Both the position numbers and the translations under genes were made by a program. From an uncultured SAR324 cluster bacterium (GTDB taxonomy: Bacteria > SAR324 > NAC60-12): 64,000 nt of DNA. Under the pieces are notes generated by a model. It saw only the letters and a program-made list of their open reading frames with translations, had not been told where the DNA came from and did no database searches. How positions within the stretch are numbered: position 1 is the stretch's first letter; every line of letters begins with the position of its first letter. Positions 26,248 through 36,579 of the stretch are shown here, one piece after another. Location: contig CACIWU010000002.1 in assembly GCA_902590435.1 (NCBI GenBank), positions 631-64,630 on the forward strand. The letters are read 5' to 3'.

Positions 26248-27129
26248 ATGTTAGAAAAAATTGATATGGGGGGCATAATAAATTGGTATCCTGGCCATAT
26301 GCGCAAAACCAAAAATGAATTGGCGAAACTACTAAAATCTGTCGATGTTGTGCTTGAAATGAGAGATGCTAGAATTCCTATTTCTTCTGTAAATCATGAT
26401 TTAGAGGGACTACTTTATAATAAAAAAAGAATTTTAATTTTCAACAAGACTAGTCTGGCAGATAGTAAAATAACGAAAAAATGGCATTCAATTTTTAAAA
26501 AATCTGAAAGCCCATTTCTTTTTATAGATGCTCTAAATAAAATTGATTTACCTAAAATTTTGCCTCTTGCCCGCTCAATGATGCAACAAAAATGGTCTTC
26601 TTTTCGTTGTAAAGGAATTTATCCCCCTCCACTAAAGCTGATGATAGTTGGTATTCCTAATGTTGGTAAATCTAGCTTAATAAATCGACTATCGAATCGT
26701 AAGGCAGCTCAAATCGGGCCTAATCCGGGTGTTACAAAACATAATGATTGGATCAAATTGGATAAAAATGTAGAATTATTGGATACTCCTGGAATTTTAT
26801 GGCCGAGAATAGAAAATTATGAAATAGGATTGAGATTGACTATTACGGGAGCCATAAAAGATTCAATAGTAGGGACTTCTAAATTGAGTATTTATTTGCT
26901 TTGTATTTTGAAGAAAGTTGAACCAAAAAAATTGGAAAAATTTTATCAACTAGATCTTTCAGATATGGATTTACCCCCTGCAAATTTGATAAACAAGATC
27001 GCAAAAAAACGAGGCTGCTTGAAAAAGGGGGGTATAATTGACCTTCCTAGAGCAGAGAGGCTGCTTCTCAAAGATTTTAGATCTGGGAAATTAGGGAGAT
27101 TAAGTTTTGATATTCCAGAAATAATATAA
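26248..27129 (+). CDS. rbgA: ribosome biogenesis GTPase A (YlqF/RbgA)
   Basis: INWYPGHMRKTKNEL...DVVLEMRDARIP. Circularly permuted GTPase with NKTSL (G4) preceding GIPNVGKSS (G1) and DTPG. Confidence 0.9.
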   Translation: MLEKIDMGGIINWYPGHMRKTKNELAKLLKSVDVVLEMRDARIPISSVNHDLEGLLYNKKRILIFNKTSLADSKITKKWHSIFKKSESPFLFIDALNKIDLPKILPLARSMMQQKWSSFRCKGIYPPPLKLMIVGIPNVGKSSLINRLSNRKAAQIGPNPGVTKHNDWIKLDKNVELLDTPGILWPRIENYEIGLRLTITGAIKDSIVGTSKLSIYLLCILKKVEPKKLEKFYQLDLSDMDLPPANLINKIAKKRGCLKKGGIIDLPRAERLLLKDFRSGKLGRLSFDIPEII

Positions 27130-27197
27130 TGTTTTTTTAAATAAAATTAGTTAAATTAAATCCTAATTTTTTTTCAAGAAAAACTCTTATTTTAGTT

Positions 27198-29429
27198 TTA
27201 GTTTAGCCATTGTTCAACCTTGAATTCTAGAGTTCTGTTAATCTGATCTGCGTTCAATAATAAAATTTCCAAACGTTTCCCACCCTGTATTACTTGTTTT
27301 TTACTACGGCTCTGTAATGATATGCTAGCCTCATCATAAATGTAGGAGTCGTTCGGAATTGATTCTAGTAGTAGAAACCATTCAATACCATGTGGCTCTA
27401 TATTTATTCTAAATCCATTGCTTTCTATATGTGTAACAATTGCTTGAAAAGTTTGACCGATTAGATTAGCAAAAAAATCAACTTTTATTAAATCGATGCT
27501 CTGTCGTTCAGCCTTTTCAGCCCTCCGCTCTTGTTGGGAACAAAATTCAGCTAATTCACTATTTATTAATGATTCAGTATTTTCGTTTTTTTGATCAGAA
27601 TTAATTTTTTTCTTTAATGCGCGATGCACTAATAAGTCTGGATATCTTCTAATTGGAGAGGTGAAATGTGTATAATATTTAGCAGCTAATCCAAAATGAC
27701 CTTTGTTATTTGTCTCGTAAACGGCTAGCGACATAGAACGTAAAAGGAGAACTTGTAGTTGTTCAAAATTTGAAAAGTCTTTAATTTTTTCTAGAATATC
27801 ATTGAATTTTTTAGGATTATTTAATGATGACATTGAATTTCGTATACCAAAACGATGAAATACTTTCTGTAATTTTTTTAATTTTTTCATGTCCGGACTA
27901 TCATGTACTCTGAATATGGATGGAATGCCATTATTTTTGCAGTGTTTTGCAACAGTTTCATTTGCTTCAAGCATGAATTGCTCAATAAGTTTCATCGAGC
28001 TAGATTGATAATTTCTCTTAACTCCGATCATACGTTCATCTTTATCAAAATTAAAAACTTCTTCGGCGAAACGAAACTGTACTGCGCCTCGCTGAAATCT
28101 TTTTCTTTCAAGAATTTTTGAAAGATGATTCATTTTTTTTATGCTTGATTGAAGTTTAGGGTCACGAATAGATGAAATTTTACCATCAATTAGATCGGCA
28201 ACATCTTCATAAATTAATCTTGCACGGCTTTGAATAATGCTTTCATATATTGAGTAATCTTCAATTTCTCCATAAGAATTAATTTGCATTTCACAAGTTA
28301 ATGTTAGTCGATTAACTTTAGGACGCAAACTGCATAAATTATTGGAAAGCTCTTCAGGGATCATGTGAACGGAATATCTAGGGAAATATACACTTGTTCC
28401 TCGCAAATATGCTTCTTTATCAACTGGATCCCCGGGTTTCACGTAATGAGCTACATCTGCAATAGAGACATAAAGTATGAAACCTCCGGACAATTTTCTG
28501 TTCTCAATTACGCATACTGCGTCATCAAAGTCACGAGCGTCTTTTCCATCAATAGTTATAAAATTTAAATTTCTTAAATCCTTTCTTCCTGAATCTGAAT
28601 CAAATCGTACTTGTTTTGGGAATTTTTTTAAATATTCTTTAGCGTTTTCAGGATATTTTGTTCGAATTAGATTTTCATTAATAATTAATTGAAGGCCTAA
28701 TTCAAGATTGCTTGTTTCGTCTATAGCCCTTAAAAATCGACCACTTGGTTTAGAGAAGTTTCTATTCGATATTTTTTTATCTTTCAAAAGTTCTACTTCA
28801 ATCAAAGTTCCAGATTCTAATTCTTTGATATCATCTTTATTTTCAATCCTAAGAAATGGGAAACCAATATTTTTTAGTATTGGTACTGCGAGGGTTTCCC
28901 TTTTTGTCCTCTTCACCCTTGCCAATATTTCGTTGGATGCCCGTTCCAGAATTCTAACAATTTGACCTTTTCTCTTACCGCGAAATCCTCGTGAACGTTG
29001 AATTTTTATTTTAACTAAATCCCCTTCCATAGCATAGAATTGTTCGTTTTCTCCAATAAATACATCTGAAAGACCAACTCCTATGTTAACAAAACCAAAT
29101 CCTTTTCTATTTCTGGTGAAATAACCCGTTTCAGTTTTCAAGACATGATTTTTTTTCTCTGTATGAGAATGTTTTTTTGTAAAAAAGCTTTTTTTATGAT
29201 CTCTCTTTATTTTTTCTTTAGGTAATGTTTTTTCTTTTGAAGTCTTATTCAGGAAAAAACGGGTCCCTTGCTTTATAATTTTTTTGTCTTTAATCAATTT
29301 TTGCAACTCTGCTTTAACTTTTACAGTTGCGGTTTTTTTAAGACCAAGAGCAGCACGTATTTGTTTAGTAGACATAGAGTCTCCGTTTTTTTCTAGCATG
29401 TGGAGTATATATTTTTTCCGTAATTTCAT
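27198..29429 (-). CDS. rnr: ribonuclease R
   Basis: 743 aa. N-terminal HTH, cold-shock-like region (GFGFV), RNB domain (ITIDGKDARDFDDAV), C-terminal S1-like domain. Confidence 0.95.
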   Translation of the reverse strand: MKLRKKYILHMLEKNGDSMSTKQIRAALGLKKTATVKVKAELQKLIKDKKIIKQGTRFFLNKTSKEKTLPKEKIKRDHKKSFFTKKHSHTEKKNHVLKTETGYFTRNRKGFGFVNIGVGLSDVFIGENEQFYAMEGDLVKIKIQRSRGFRGKRKGQIVRILERASNEILARVKRTKRETLAVPILKNIGFPFLRIENKDDIKELESGTLIEVELLKDKKISNRNFSKPSGRFLRAIDETSNLELGLQLIINENLIRTKYPENAKEYLKKFPKQVRFDSDSGRKDLRNLNFITIDGKDARDFDDAVCVIENRKLSGGFILYVSIADVAHYVKPGDPVDKEAYLRGTSVYFPRYSVHMIPEELSNNLCSLRPKVNRLTLTCEMQINSYGEIEDYSIYESIIQSRARLIYEDVADLIDGKISSIRDPKLQSSIKKMNHLSKILERKRFQRGAVQFRFAEEVFNFDKDERMIGVKRNYQSSSMKLIEQFMLEANETVAKHCKNNGIPSIFRVHDSPDMKKLKKLQKVFHRFGIRNSMSSLNNPKKFNDILEKIKDFSNFEQLQVLLLRSMSLAVYETNNKGHFGLAAKYYTHFTSPIRRYPDLLVHRALKKKINSDQKNENTESLINSELAEFCSQQERRAEKAERQSIDLIKVDFFANLIGQTFQAIVTHIESNGFRINIEPHGIEWFLLLESIPNDSYIYDEASISLQSRSKKQVIQGGKRLEILLLNADQINRTLEFKVEQWLN

Positions 29430-30784
29430 ATTATTAATTTATTCTCTCCATGCAGTTTTAATATGTGTGATTCAATATTTTGAAACGCTAATTTTTTTAA
29501 GCGAGGGTCAATACCTAAATAAAGTTTTTCTAAAATTTCCTGTTTTGAAAAACCTGAATTATATAACGTAAGAATTTGGGATTCTCGCTTAATTCGGTGT
29601 TTTAATGTTTCTTTCAGGCGGTGGGTACTTCGAGTAGGTATTCCATGTGATGGAATAATTACTTCAGGATTTAAAGCAATTATTTTTTCTAGAGTTGAAA
29701 AATAGGAAGCCATATTCCCCTCCGGAGAGGGAATTACCACTGTACCAACCCCTTGAATCAAATCTCCAACAATAAACCATTTCATCGAATCAGGAGCTAA
29801 GCCGAGATGACCAGCATCATGCCCCGGAATTTCAAAAACCCTCACAGGGATACCGTGCCATTTTGTTACTTCTTCATTTTCAACGGAATTATGTAATTTG
29901 ATTTTTTCAAAGTAATCGGGACCAAATTTATTTGCCAGTCTTTTTTGAGTGTCCGTACTGAGTATGATAGGAATATTTAGTTTCAGAGCAAGCTGGTTAG
30001 AAAATTGGTGGTGATCTGGATGGTGATGCGTAATGAAAATTGAATCAATTTTTCTGTTTTCAATCGTATTGAGCAATCTCTGGAACTCTTTTTTTGAATT
30101 AGGAGAAGGATCAACTAATAATTGTGGCGCATCGTGATCTCCTAATAAGAAGGCATTTGTCCTGCTTGCAGGTGGAAGTGTGGATGATCTAACTGCTAGG
30201 ATTTCAATACCTTCCAATATTTCCAAACAAGGAACCTTATCCTTTTTTTCATAATTTTCCGATAAATAACCAAGCTGTTTAGCTTTTGGTGCATTTTGTA
30301 ATTGTTTTAAAACCCATCGTGTAGGGGGAACCATCAAACTGTTTCCTGCACGAAAATTATCTAATAGTGCCTTTGGAGATTCCCAAAAGCCAATTTCAAA
30401 TTCTCCTGAATCTAAACGAAAATTTATTTTTTTGTTTAGATCTACTCGATAAAACCATGTTCTGAATCGTAACTGTGCAAACTCTGGAGCCAAAACTTCA
30501 GCAAGTTCAGAAACGGAAAACACTTCACCACTATTTACACCTGCTTCGAGATCATAACCTAACTCTTCTTGAATTTCTCTCTGTAAAGCTCGCATGAGAG
30601 TAGCATCATATTCACTAAGAAATTTTGTTTTATATGGTTTTGATGATTCATCTATATCAATTTTCCCTCCGGGGAAAGATAGGTATCCTGGGAAAGCTTT
30701 AAGATATGACTGACGCTGTACAGTAAAAATCTTATTTTTAAAAATGAACAAGACCGAAACGGAATTTATTGGCGGGGTGTTCAT
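29426..30784 (-). CDS. NUDIX hydrolase fused to MBL-fold metallo-hydrolase
   Basis: N-terminal Nudix box GGKIDIDE...REIQEELGY, with a 15-aa insert. C-terminal HxHxDH as ITHHHPDHH. ATGA overlaps at both ends (30781-30784 and 29426-29429). Confidence 0.8.
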   Translation of the reverse strand: MNTPPINSVSVLFIFKNKIFTVQRQSYLKAFPGYLSFPGGKIDIDESSKPYKTKFLSEYDATLMRALQREIQEELGYDLEAGVNSGEVFSVSELAEVLAPEFAQLRFRTWFYRVDLNKKINFRLDSGEFEIGFWESPKALLDNFRAGNSLMVPPTRWVLKQLQNAPKAKQLGYLSENYEKKDKVPCLEILEGIEILAVRSSTLPPASRTNAFLLGDHDAPQLLVDPSPNSKKEFQRLLNTIENRKIDSIFITHHHPDHHQFSNQLALKLNIPIILSTDTQKRLANKFGPDYFEKIKLHNSVENEEVTKWHGIPVRVFEIPGHDAGHLGLAPDSMKWFIVGDLIQGVGTVVIPSPEGNMASYFSTLEKIIALNPEVIIPSHGIPTRSTHRLKETLKHRIKRESQILTLYNSGFSKQEILEKLYLGIDPRLKKLAFQNIESHILKLHGENKLII

Positions 30785-31557
30785 ATGGTTTTTGTTTGAT
30801 TAATATTTTTAATTCCTTGTTCTATTTGATCTTGACCTTTAATAAAATCTTCATTACATACTTTGACTATCTTAATAGAATGTGGAGCAAATTTTTCGAT
30901 AAAAATGAAGAAAAAATCAGTAGTTTTATTTGTTAATTGATATATTCCTCTAGTGTACCAACCAGCTTGTAAAGAGAACTCATTTTTTATCGGTTTTATT
31001 GAAGCAGCTTTTATTATATTTTTGGTGAATTTAAGATCTACAATTTTTCTAGAATCACTATCCAGCCAATCTAATCGAGCTTTGCAATTCAATCCATATT
31101 CTGAGTCTTTCCAGTGTAAGGAAACTTCACTATTACCATTTGAAAACAATTGTTGGACTTGCGGATGAATTTGAAAACACTTTTTTATTTTTTGTAATCT
31201 AGCCCAATCACTAAAACTAAGTACTATTTTCCCACTATGAAGTTCACAAAATTCTCTCCAACTATTTTTACCTTTTTTACCTCTTTGGCTTAGATTCTTT
31301 GGCGCACTTAAATAAAGATTTTCAAATTTTTCTGGCTCCAAAAGCATGCAATGTCCAGCATTACCGAATTTTAATGCTTGCGAATTAATATAAGTTTTTA
31401 CCTGTGTATAACCATTGGGAATTATCTGCTTTATCTTAGACTGATTAAGAGCAGGTATTTGTTGATATTCATCAAAAGGGAGGTTGTGAAAAACTCCGAA
31501 AGTATCGGCTTGATTCACTCTTCTTCCTCGAATATTTCCATTGGAGGGCATGAACAT
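30781..31557 (-). CDS. PD-(D/E)XK nuclease-family protein (RecE/Cas4-like core, DUF3799-like)
   Basis: Motifs ...CKARLDWLD..., IVDLKFTK (D-x-K), SLQAGWYTRGIY (QxxxY). The ATG at 31557 overlaps gcvP by 43 nt. The in-frame GTG at 31518 gives a GTGA overlap with the gcvP stop. Confidence 0.7.
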   Translation of the reverse strand: MFMPSNGNIRGRRVNQADTFGVFHNLPFDEYQQIPALNQSKIKQIIPNGYTQVKTYINSQALKFGNAGHCMLLEPEKFENLYLSAPKNLSQRGKKGKNSWREFCELHSGKIVLSFSDWARLQKIKKCFQIHPQVQQLFSNGNSEVSLHWKDSEYGLNCKARLDWLDSDSRKIVDLKFTKNIIKAASIKPIKNEFSLQAGWYTRGIYQLTNKTTDFFFIFIEKFAPHSIKIVKVCNEDFIKGQDQIEQGIKNINQTKTI

Positions 31558-34418
31558 ACAACGTTTCTATCTCCGAAAACATTGTCGATTCTAGCCGAAC
31601 CAGGAAAGTATTTTTTTAGACGAAGTGATGCTAAAGGATAAAAGGCAATTTCTTTAGAATAAAGATGCTCCCAGTTTGGATCAGTTAAATCTTCAGAAGT
31701 ATGTGGTGCATTTTTTAGTGGATTATCAACTTTGTCCCAATCTCCTGATTCAATTTTTTTTGTTTCTTTCTTAATAGAAATCATTGCATCGCAAAAACGG
31801 TCAATTTCTTCTTTAGGCTCACTTTCTGTAGGTTCGATCATTAAAGTGCCTGGAACTGGCCAGGACATGGTAGGTGCATGAAATCCGTAATCAATTAATC
31901 GTTTGGCAATATCCTCTTCCGTTATTCCTAAAGTATCTTTCAAGTTACGAATATCAATAATACATTCATGTGCAATTAACCCATTTTTTCCCGTAAATAC
32001 AATGGAGAAATGTTTTTTTAATCTTTCTGCTAAATAGTTAGCATTTAGTATTGCGACTTGAGAAGATTTTTTAAGACCGTCTCCCCCCATAAGTTTGATA
32101 TAAACTAATGATATAGGTAGGATACTGGAACTGCCCCACGGAGCTGCAGAAACCGCAGTATTTTCTTTAGGCAATCCTTCTAAATTTATGATACAGTGGT
32201 TTGGTGCAAATGGGGAAAGATGAGATTTCAATCCGATGGGCCCCATTCCAGGACCACCGCCACCGTGAGGAATACAAAAAGTTTTGTGCAAGTTAATATG
32301 TAAAACGTCAGGTCCTAATTTTCCAGGTTGCGCAATTCCCATCAATGCATTTAAATTAGCTCCATCCATATATACTTGCCCTCCGTTTTCATGAATAATT
32401 TCACAAATAGAGATTAAACTTTCCTCGAAAACTCCGTGAGTTGAAGGATAAGTTATCATTAAAGCAGCTAGATTTTCAGAATGTTTTTCTACTTTTTCCT
32501 TTAAATTGTTCATATCAATGTTTCCATCTTTATCACATTTAACACTTACAATTACCATATTGGCTAATGATGCGCTCGCGGGATTTGTGCCATGCGCAGA
32601 ACTTGGAATAATGCAGATATTCCTATTATTATTACCATTTGAAATGTGATATTTTCTAATAGCAAGTAATCCTGCGTATTCACCTTGTGCTCCAGAGTTA
32701 GGTTGCATTGAAATTGAATCAAATCCTGTTATGCGAATGAGACAATTTTCTAGTTCATTAATCATTTCAATGTAACCTAGAGTCTGCTCAGGAGGGGCAA
32801 AAGGGTGGATATCTGCAAATTCAGGCCAGCTAATAGGAATCATTTCTGAAGTAGCATTGAGTTTCATCGTACAAGATCCTAGTGGGATCATGGCTCTGTC
32901 AAGGGCTATATCTTTGTCCTGTAGAAATCGTAAGTAACGTAACATTGCAGTTTCAGAATGATATTTGTTAAAGACAGGGTGTATTAAAAATTCTGAGGAG
33001 CGGCATAATTTTCTTGGAATTCTTTCTTCAGTTAGGCCTTTTACTATTAATGAATCAATTTCATTGATTGATGGTAAATCTTTACCAGCATAAAATACGC
33101 TTAATATTTTTTTAACATCTTCTCTTCCTGAGGTTTCATCTAGATTAATACCCAATTCTTCTGAATCAATTTTACGAAGATTAATACCTTTCTCTAATGC
33201 AATTTCGTAAAAATTATCGCGCTTACTACCAAGTGATAGAGTAATGTTATCGAAAAAAAAAGAATTTTTTATGGGAATTCCCAGTTTTTTAAGTCCTTCT
33301 ACGAGAATACTTGTCAGTCTATGGATTCGTTTTGCAATTATTCTTAACCCTTCAGGACCATGGTAAACAGCATAACAACTTGAAATAACTGCTAGCAAAG
33401 CTTGTGCTGTACAAATGTTGCTTGTGGCTTTTTCTCGGCGAATGTGTTGTTCTCTAGTTTGTAATGCCATACGAAGAGCAGTTTTTCCTCGACGGTCAAC
33501 AGATGCACCTATTATCCTGCCAGGAATATTGCGCAAGTATTTTTCGTGTGATGCAAAAAAAGCAGCGTGTGGTCCGCCAAAACCCATAGGAATACCAAAG
33601 CGTTGTGCTGTCCCAAAAACAACATCAGCTCCTAATTCCCCTGGAGGCTTTAATAAAACAAGACTCATTGGGTCTGAAGAAACTGAGACTATTGTTCCTG
33701 ATTGGTTAAATTTTTTAATAATTTGTTCTATATCATGAATATCTCCAAATGTACCAGGATACTGAATTAATGCTCCAAAAAAATGGTTATCTTTTTGTTC
33801 CATTTGCTCCATTAAATTTCCAATAACTAACTCAAATTCCAATGGTTCAGCTCTTGTTTTAAGGACATCAATTGTTTGGGGATGACAGTCTTCTGCGACA
33901 AAAAAGCGCATACTTTTACTGTTTGAAACTCGTTTACAAAAGGTCATTGCTTCAGCAGCTGCAGTAGCTTCATCTAATAAGGATGCATTTGCGACTTCCA
34001 TTCCAGTAAGATCTATAATCATTTGTTGAAAATTCAATAATGCTTCCAAGCGTCCTTGAGATACTTCGGGTTGGTATGGAGTATAAGCTGTGTACCATCC
34101 AGGATTTTCCAACAAATTTCTCTGAATGACATAAGGCATTTTGGTGTTATGATAACCCATACCAATCATAGATTTTACTATCCTATTTCGATTTGCAATG
34201 ACTCTCATTTCATCTAGTGTTTCAACCTCAGGAAGGCTATCTGGAAGGTTGAGTTCACCTGACATACGGATTGAATCAGGAACAGCTTTCTTGATTAAAT
34301 CATTTAGCGAAGATAGTTTGAGAGTCAGGAGCATTTCTGAGATGTCTTTTTCAGAAGGTCCTATGTGACGATGAATAAATATGTCTTTTTGTTCTAGAGT
34401 TTCTAATTTCAGAGTCAT
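31515..34418 (-). CDS. gcvP: glycine dehydrogenase (decarboxylating), single-chain P protein
   Basis: 967 aa. Colinear GcvP pattern (YTPYQPEVSQGRLE..., NLHKTFCIPHGGGGPG PLP-lysine region). Confidence 0.95.
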   Translation of the reverse strand: MTLKLETLEQKDIFIHRHIGPSEKDISEMLLTLKLSSLNDLIKKAVPDSIRMSGELNLPDSLPEVETLDEMRVIANRNRIVKSMIGMGYHNTKMPYVIQRNLLENPGWYTAYTPYQPEVSQGRLEALLNFQQMIIDLTGMEVANASLLDEATAAAEAMTFCKRVSNSKSMRFFVAEDCHPQTIDVLKTRAEPLEFELVIGNLMEQMEQKDNHFFGALIQYPGTFGDIHDIEQIIKKFNQSGTIVSVSSDPMSLVLLKPPGELGADVVFGTAQRFGIPMGFGGPHAAFFASHEKYLRNIPGRIIGASVDRRGKTALRMALQTREQHIRREKATSNICTAQALLAVISSCYAVYHGPEGLRIIAKRIHRLTSILVEGLKKLGIPIKNSFFFDNITLSLGSKRDNFYEIALEKGINLRKIDSEELGINLDETSGREDVKKILSVFYAGKDLPSINEIDSLIVKGLTEERIPRKLCRSSEFLIHPVFNKYHSETAMLRYLRFLQDKDIALDRAMIPLGSCTMKLNATSEMIPISWPEFADIHPFAPPEQTLGYIEMINELENCLIRITGFDSISMQPNSGAQGEYAGLLAIRKYHISNGNNNRNICIIPSSAHGTNPASASLANMVIVSVKCDKDGNIDMNNLKEKVEKHSENLAALMITYPSTHGVFEESLISICEIIHENGGQVYMDGANLNALMGIAQPGKLGPDVLHINLHKTFCIPHGGGGPGMGPIGLKSHLSPFAPNHCIINLEGLPKENTAVSAAPWGSSSILPISLVYIKLMGGDGLKKSSQVAILNANYLAERLKKHFSIVFTGKNGLIAHECIIDIRNLKDTLGITEEDIAKRLIDYGFHAPTMSWPVPGTLMIEPTESEPKEEIDRFCDAMISIKKETKKIESGDWDKVDNPLKNAPHTSEDLTDPNWEHLYSKEIAFYPLASLRLKKYFPGSARIDNVFGDRNVVCSCPPMEIFEEEE

Positions 34419-34703
34419 TTTTGATATTTGGAGTTATTCTTAATTAATTAACAATAAAAAGTGAATTACTAAATAAAGTAGAATAATTTTCAAAAAAAAA
34501 TTTTTCTACTTAAATTCTATCAGGTTAGTTTAATAAAAAAAATACATAACGAAAATATTAGAATGAAATTAATTAAATGCATGTGAGTTAAATTTCTAAT
34601 TATTTTACGGTTATAATTGATAAAATAGAAGGTAAGGACTATTATATTTAGTATTAATCTAATTGAATAAAGAATTTTTAATCACAATTAAATTTTAAGA
34701 AAG

Positions 34704-35996
34704 ATGAACATTGCGAAAAATAAATTGTTACTGATTTTTATATTACTTTCTATCTATTTTGTAGAATCATTATATGCCTTTGAAATTAATCGAAGAAGAG
34801 AACAATTTAACAAACAATATGGACAATTATTTGTTCCTCTACCTTATTCTATCCCAGGATTGGGTACAGGGTTACTATTTATCGGAAATTTTGGAAATAT
34901 AGCAGATACGACTACTGATTTAGCTGCTATTGGCGGGATAGGAGATGCTGAATTTGTATTTTTTTTCCTCGATGAATTTTTTGTATTTTCAGATATATTA
35001 TATCTTCAATATTTAAGAGCTCATGGATTTAAGTTTGCGCTTTCGCAATATAGTTCGAGGGGAATGGATACATCGAAATTCGATTTCAAATATGGTATTG
35101 GAAATTCTTGGGATCTAGATGCCCCAACAATAAGATTAACTTTTTTGAAAAAAATGTTGGAAATAGGCCTTGGTTTCAATAAGCAGAGTGGTACTTTTCA
35201 AAAATTTGTATCACCAGATAGTGACGATCCAACAAAACAAGGTGAAACTGTTGCTATATTTGACCCAGGATTGGAAATAAATATTGCCAACAAAATTGAA
35301 TTTAGCACAAAATTAGATTACACAGATGACTACAAGGATCCAAGAAAAGGAATCAGGAACACTCTTTTTCTGGACAGACAGACAGCTACAACAAGCTCTG
35401 AACCTTCTTTTGATGTAATTACTAATGATCTTCAAATCTATTTCCCAGTTCTTGAAAAAAGTACAATAGTTTTTGATCTTCAAGTTTCAGATGCATATAT
35501 CTCAAGAAAGGGAGAGACTGATATTGATGTTTTAAAATATAAGAATGGTTATAGTCAATGTAATTCTAATGCAGCATGCGAGGCAAATGCAGAAAATCTT
35601 GCGAATACGGAGTTAGCAGTTAATTCAAATGGTACTTCTTTGAGTCTTGGTGGCAGTGATCGCTTGAGATCATTTCCTGAGGGCAGGTTTCAAGGAGCGC
35701 ATACAATTTATTATGCAGCTGAATTTAGATGGAATTTTTCATCATCGGAAGGGAAAAAATTAGATCTATTTTTTATTGAGGATTTAGTAGAAGAGCTCCA
35801 GTTAGCATTTTTTTATGAACAAGGATCGGTTAGTGAAAAAAAATCTGACCTAGGTAAAACGGTTAAATATTCTTTAGGTTCAGGCTTTAGATTCTTGAGT
35901 GGATCAGGGAATGTTTACAGAGCAGATTTCGCGATAGGAAATGAGGGCCCTAATTTTTCAGTTATTATTCAATATCCTTGGACTTATAGACTTTAG
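34704..35996 (+). CDS. outer-membrane beta-barrel protein, Omp85/bacterial-surface-antigen-like, no POTRA evident
   Basis: Signal peptide. C-terminal ...GSGNVYRADFAIGNEGPNFSVIIQYPW resembles the Omp85-family barrel end. Confidence 0.4.
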   Translation: MNIAKNKLLLIFILLSIYFVESLYAFEINRRREQFNKQYGQLFVPLPYSIPGLGTGLLFIGNFGNIADTTTDLAAIGGIGDAEFVFFFLDEFFVFSDILYLQYLRAHGFKFALSQYSSRGMDTSKFDFKYGIGNSWDLDAPTIRLTFLKKMLEIGLGFNKQSGTFQKFVSPDSDDPTKQGETVAIFDPGLEINIANKIEFSTKLDYTDDYKDPRKGIRNTLFLDRQTATTSSEPSFDVITNDLQIYFPVLEKSTIVFDLQVSDAYISRKGETDIDVLKYKNGYSQCNSNAACEANAENLANTELAVNSNGTSLSLGGSDRLRSFPEGRFQGAHTIYYAAEFRWNFSSSEGKKLDLFFIEDLVEELQLAFFYEQGSVSEKKSDLGKTVKYSLGSGFRFLSGSGNVYRADFAIGNEGPNFSVIIQYPWTYRL

Positions 35997-36059
35997 TTTA
36001 GAGGATCAAAAAACATTTAAAATTTTTTAATCTTATCATTGAAAAAAATAGTTTAAGCA

Positions 36060-36530
36060 TTAAGATAAAAGATAGGTTATTATTGAGGCTCCCATAAGTA
36101 AATTAGCGAAGTATATGCGAAGGCAACCAAAGCAAATAATTTGTAATTTTAAAAGCATAATAAAGGCATAATAAAAAGTTGCTACAACTGCAAAAAGTAT
36201 TTCAATATTAATCCAGTAGAGGTAAATATCTTCCTCATTACTCAATATAATAATTTGCAAAAGCAAAACGACATAAAATATAACGGCCAAATATGCTATA
36301 GGAATTTTTATAAAGAACGCCTCTTTTGAAAGTAAAATTTTGTTACATGATGTTTGATTTTTGGATACTTTTGAAGTGTAATGATTTATAGCAAGTTTTA
36401 GTGCACCTTGTAATCCGAAAATAGAAGCAAGGCCTAGAGCAATAAGGGTAAATATTTCTGAGTTGATCATAAAAAATAGTTTTATTTTGGTGGATAAGAT
36501 TATTAATATTAAATAAAAAAATTGTGACAA
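36060..36530 (-). CDS. polytopic membrane protein, VKOR/DsbB-like (tentative)
   Basis: 4-5 TM helices. Loop Cys (TSCNKIL), a SKEAFFIKIPIAYLA segment and an intramembrane CxxC (ICFGCLRIY). The likely start is the internal MINSEIF. Confidence 0.35.
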   Translation of the reverse strand: MSQFFYLILIILSTKIKLFFMINSEIFTLIALGLASIFGLQGALKLAINHYTSKVSKNQTSCNKILLSKEAFFIKIPIAYLAVIFYVVLLLQIIILSNEEDIYLYWINIEILFAVVATFYYAFIMLLKLQIICFGCLRIYFANLLMGASIITYLLS

Positions 36531-36579
36531 ACATTTTTCTTGATGACTGCAAATTCCCTACCTTAATATTTTAAGTAAA

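Noticed and set aside
34419-34703. Possible glycine riboswitch upstream of gcvP.
   Set aside because: The leader is almost pure A/T. I could not find the GGAGA...CACCG/ACCGAAGGGGCAA-type conserved cores on the gcvP strand.
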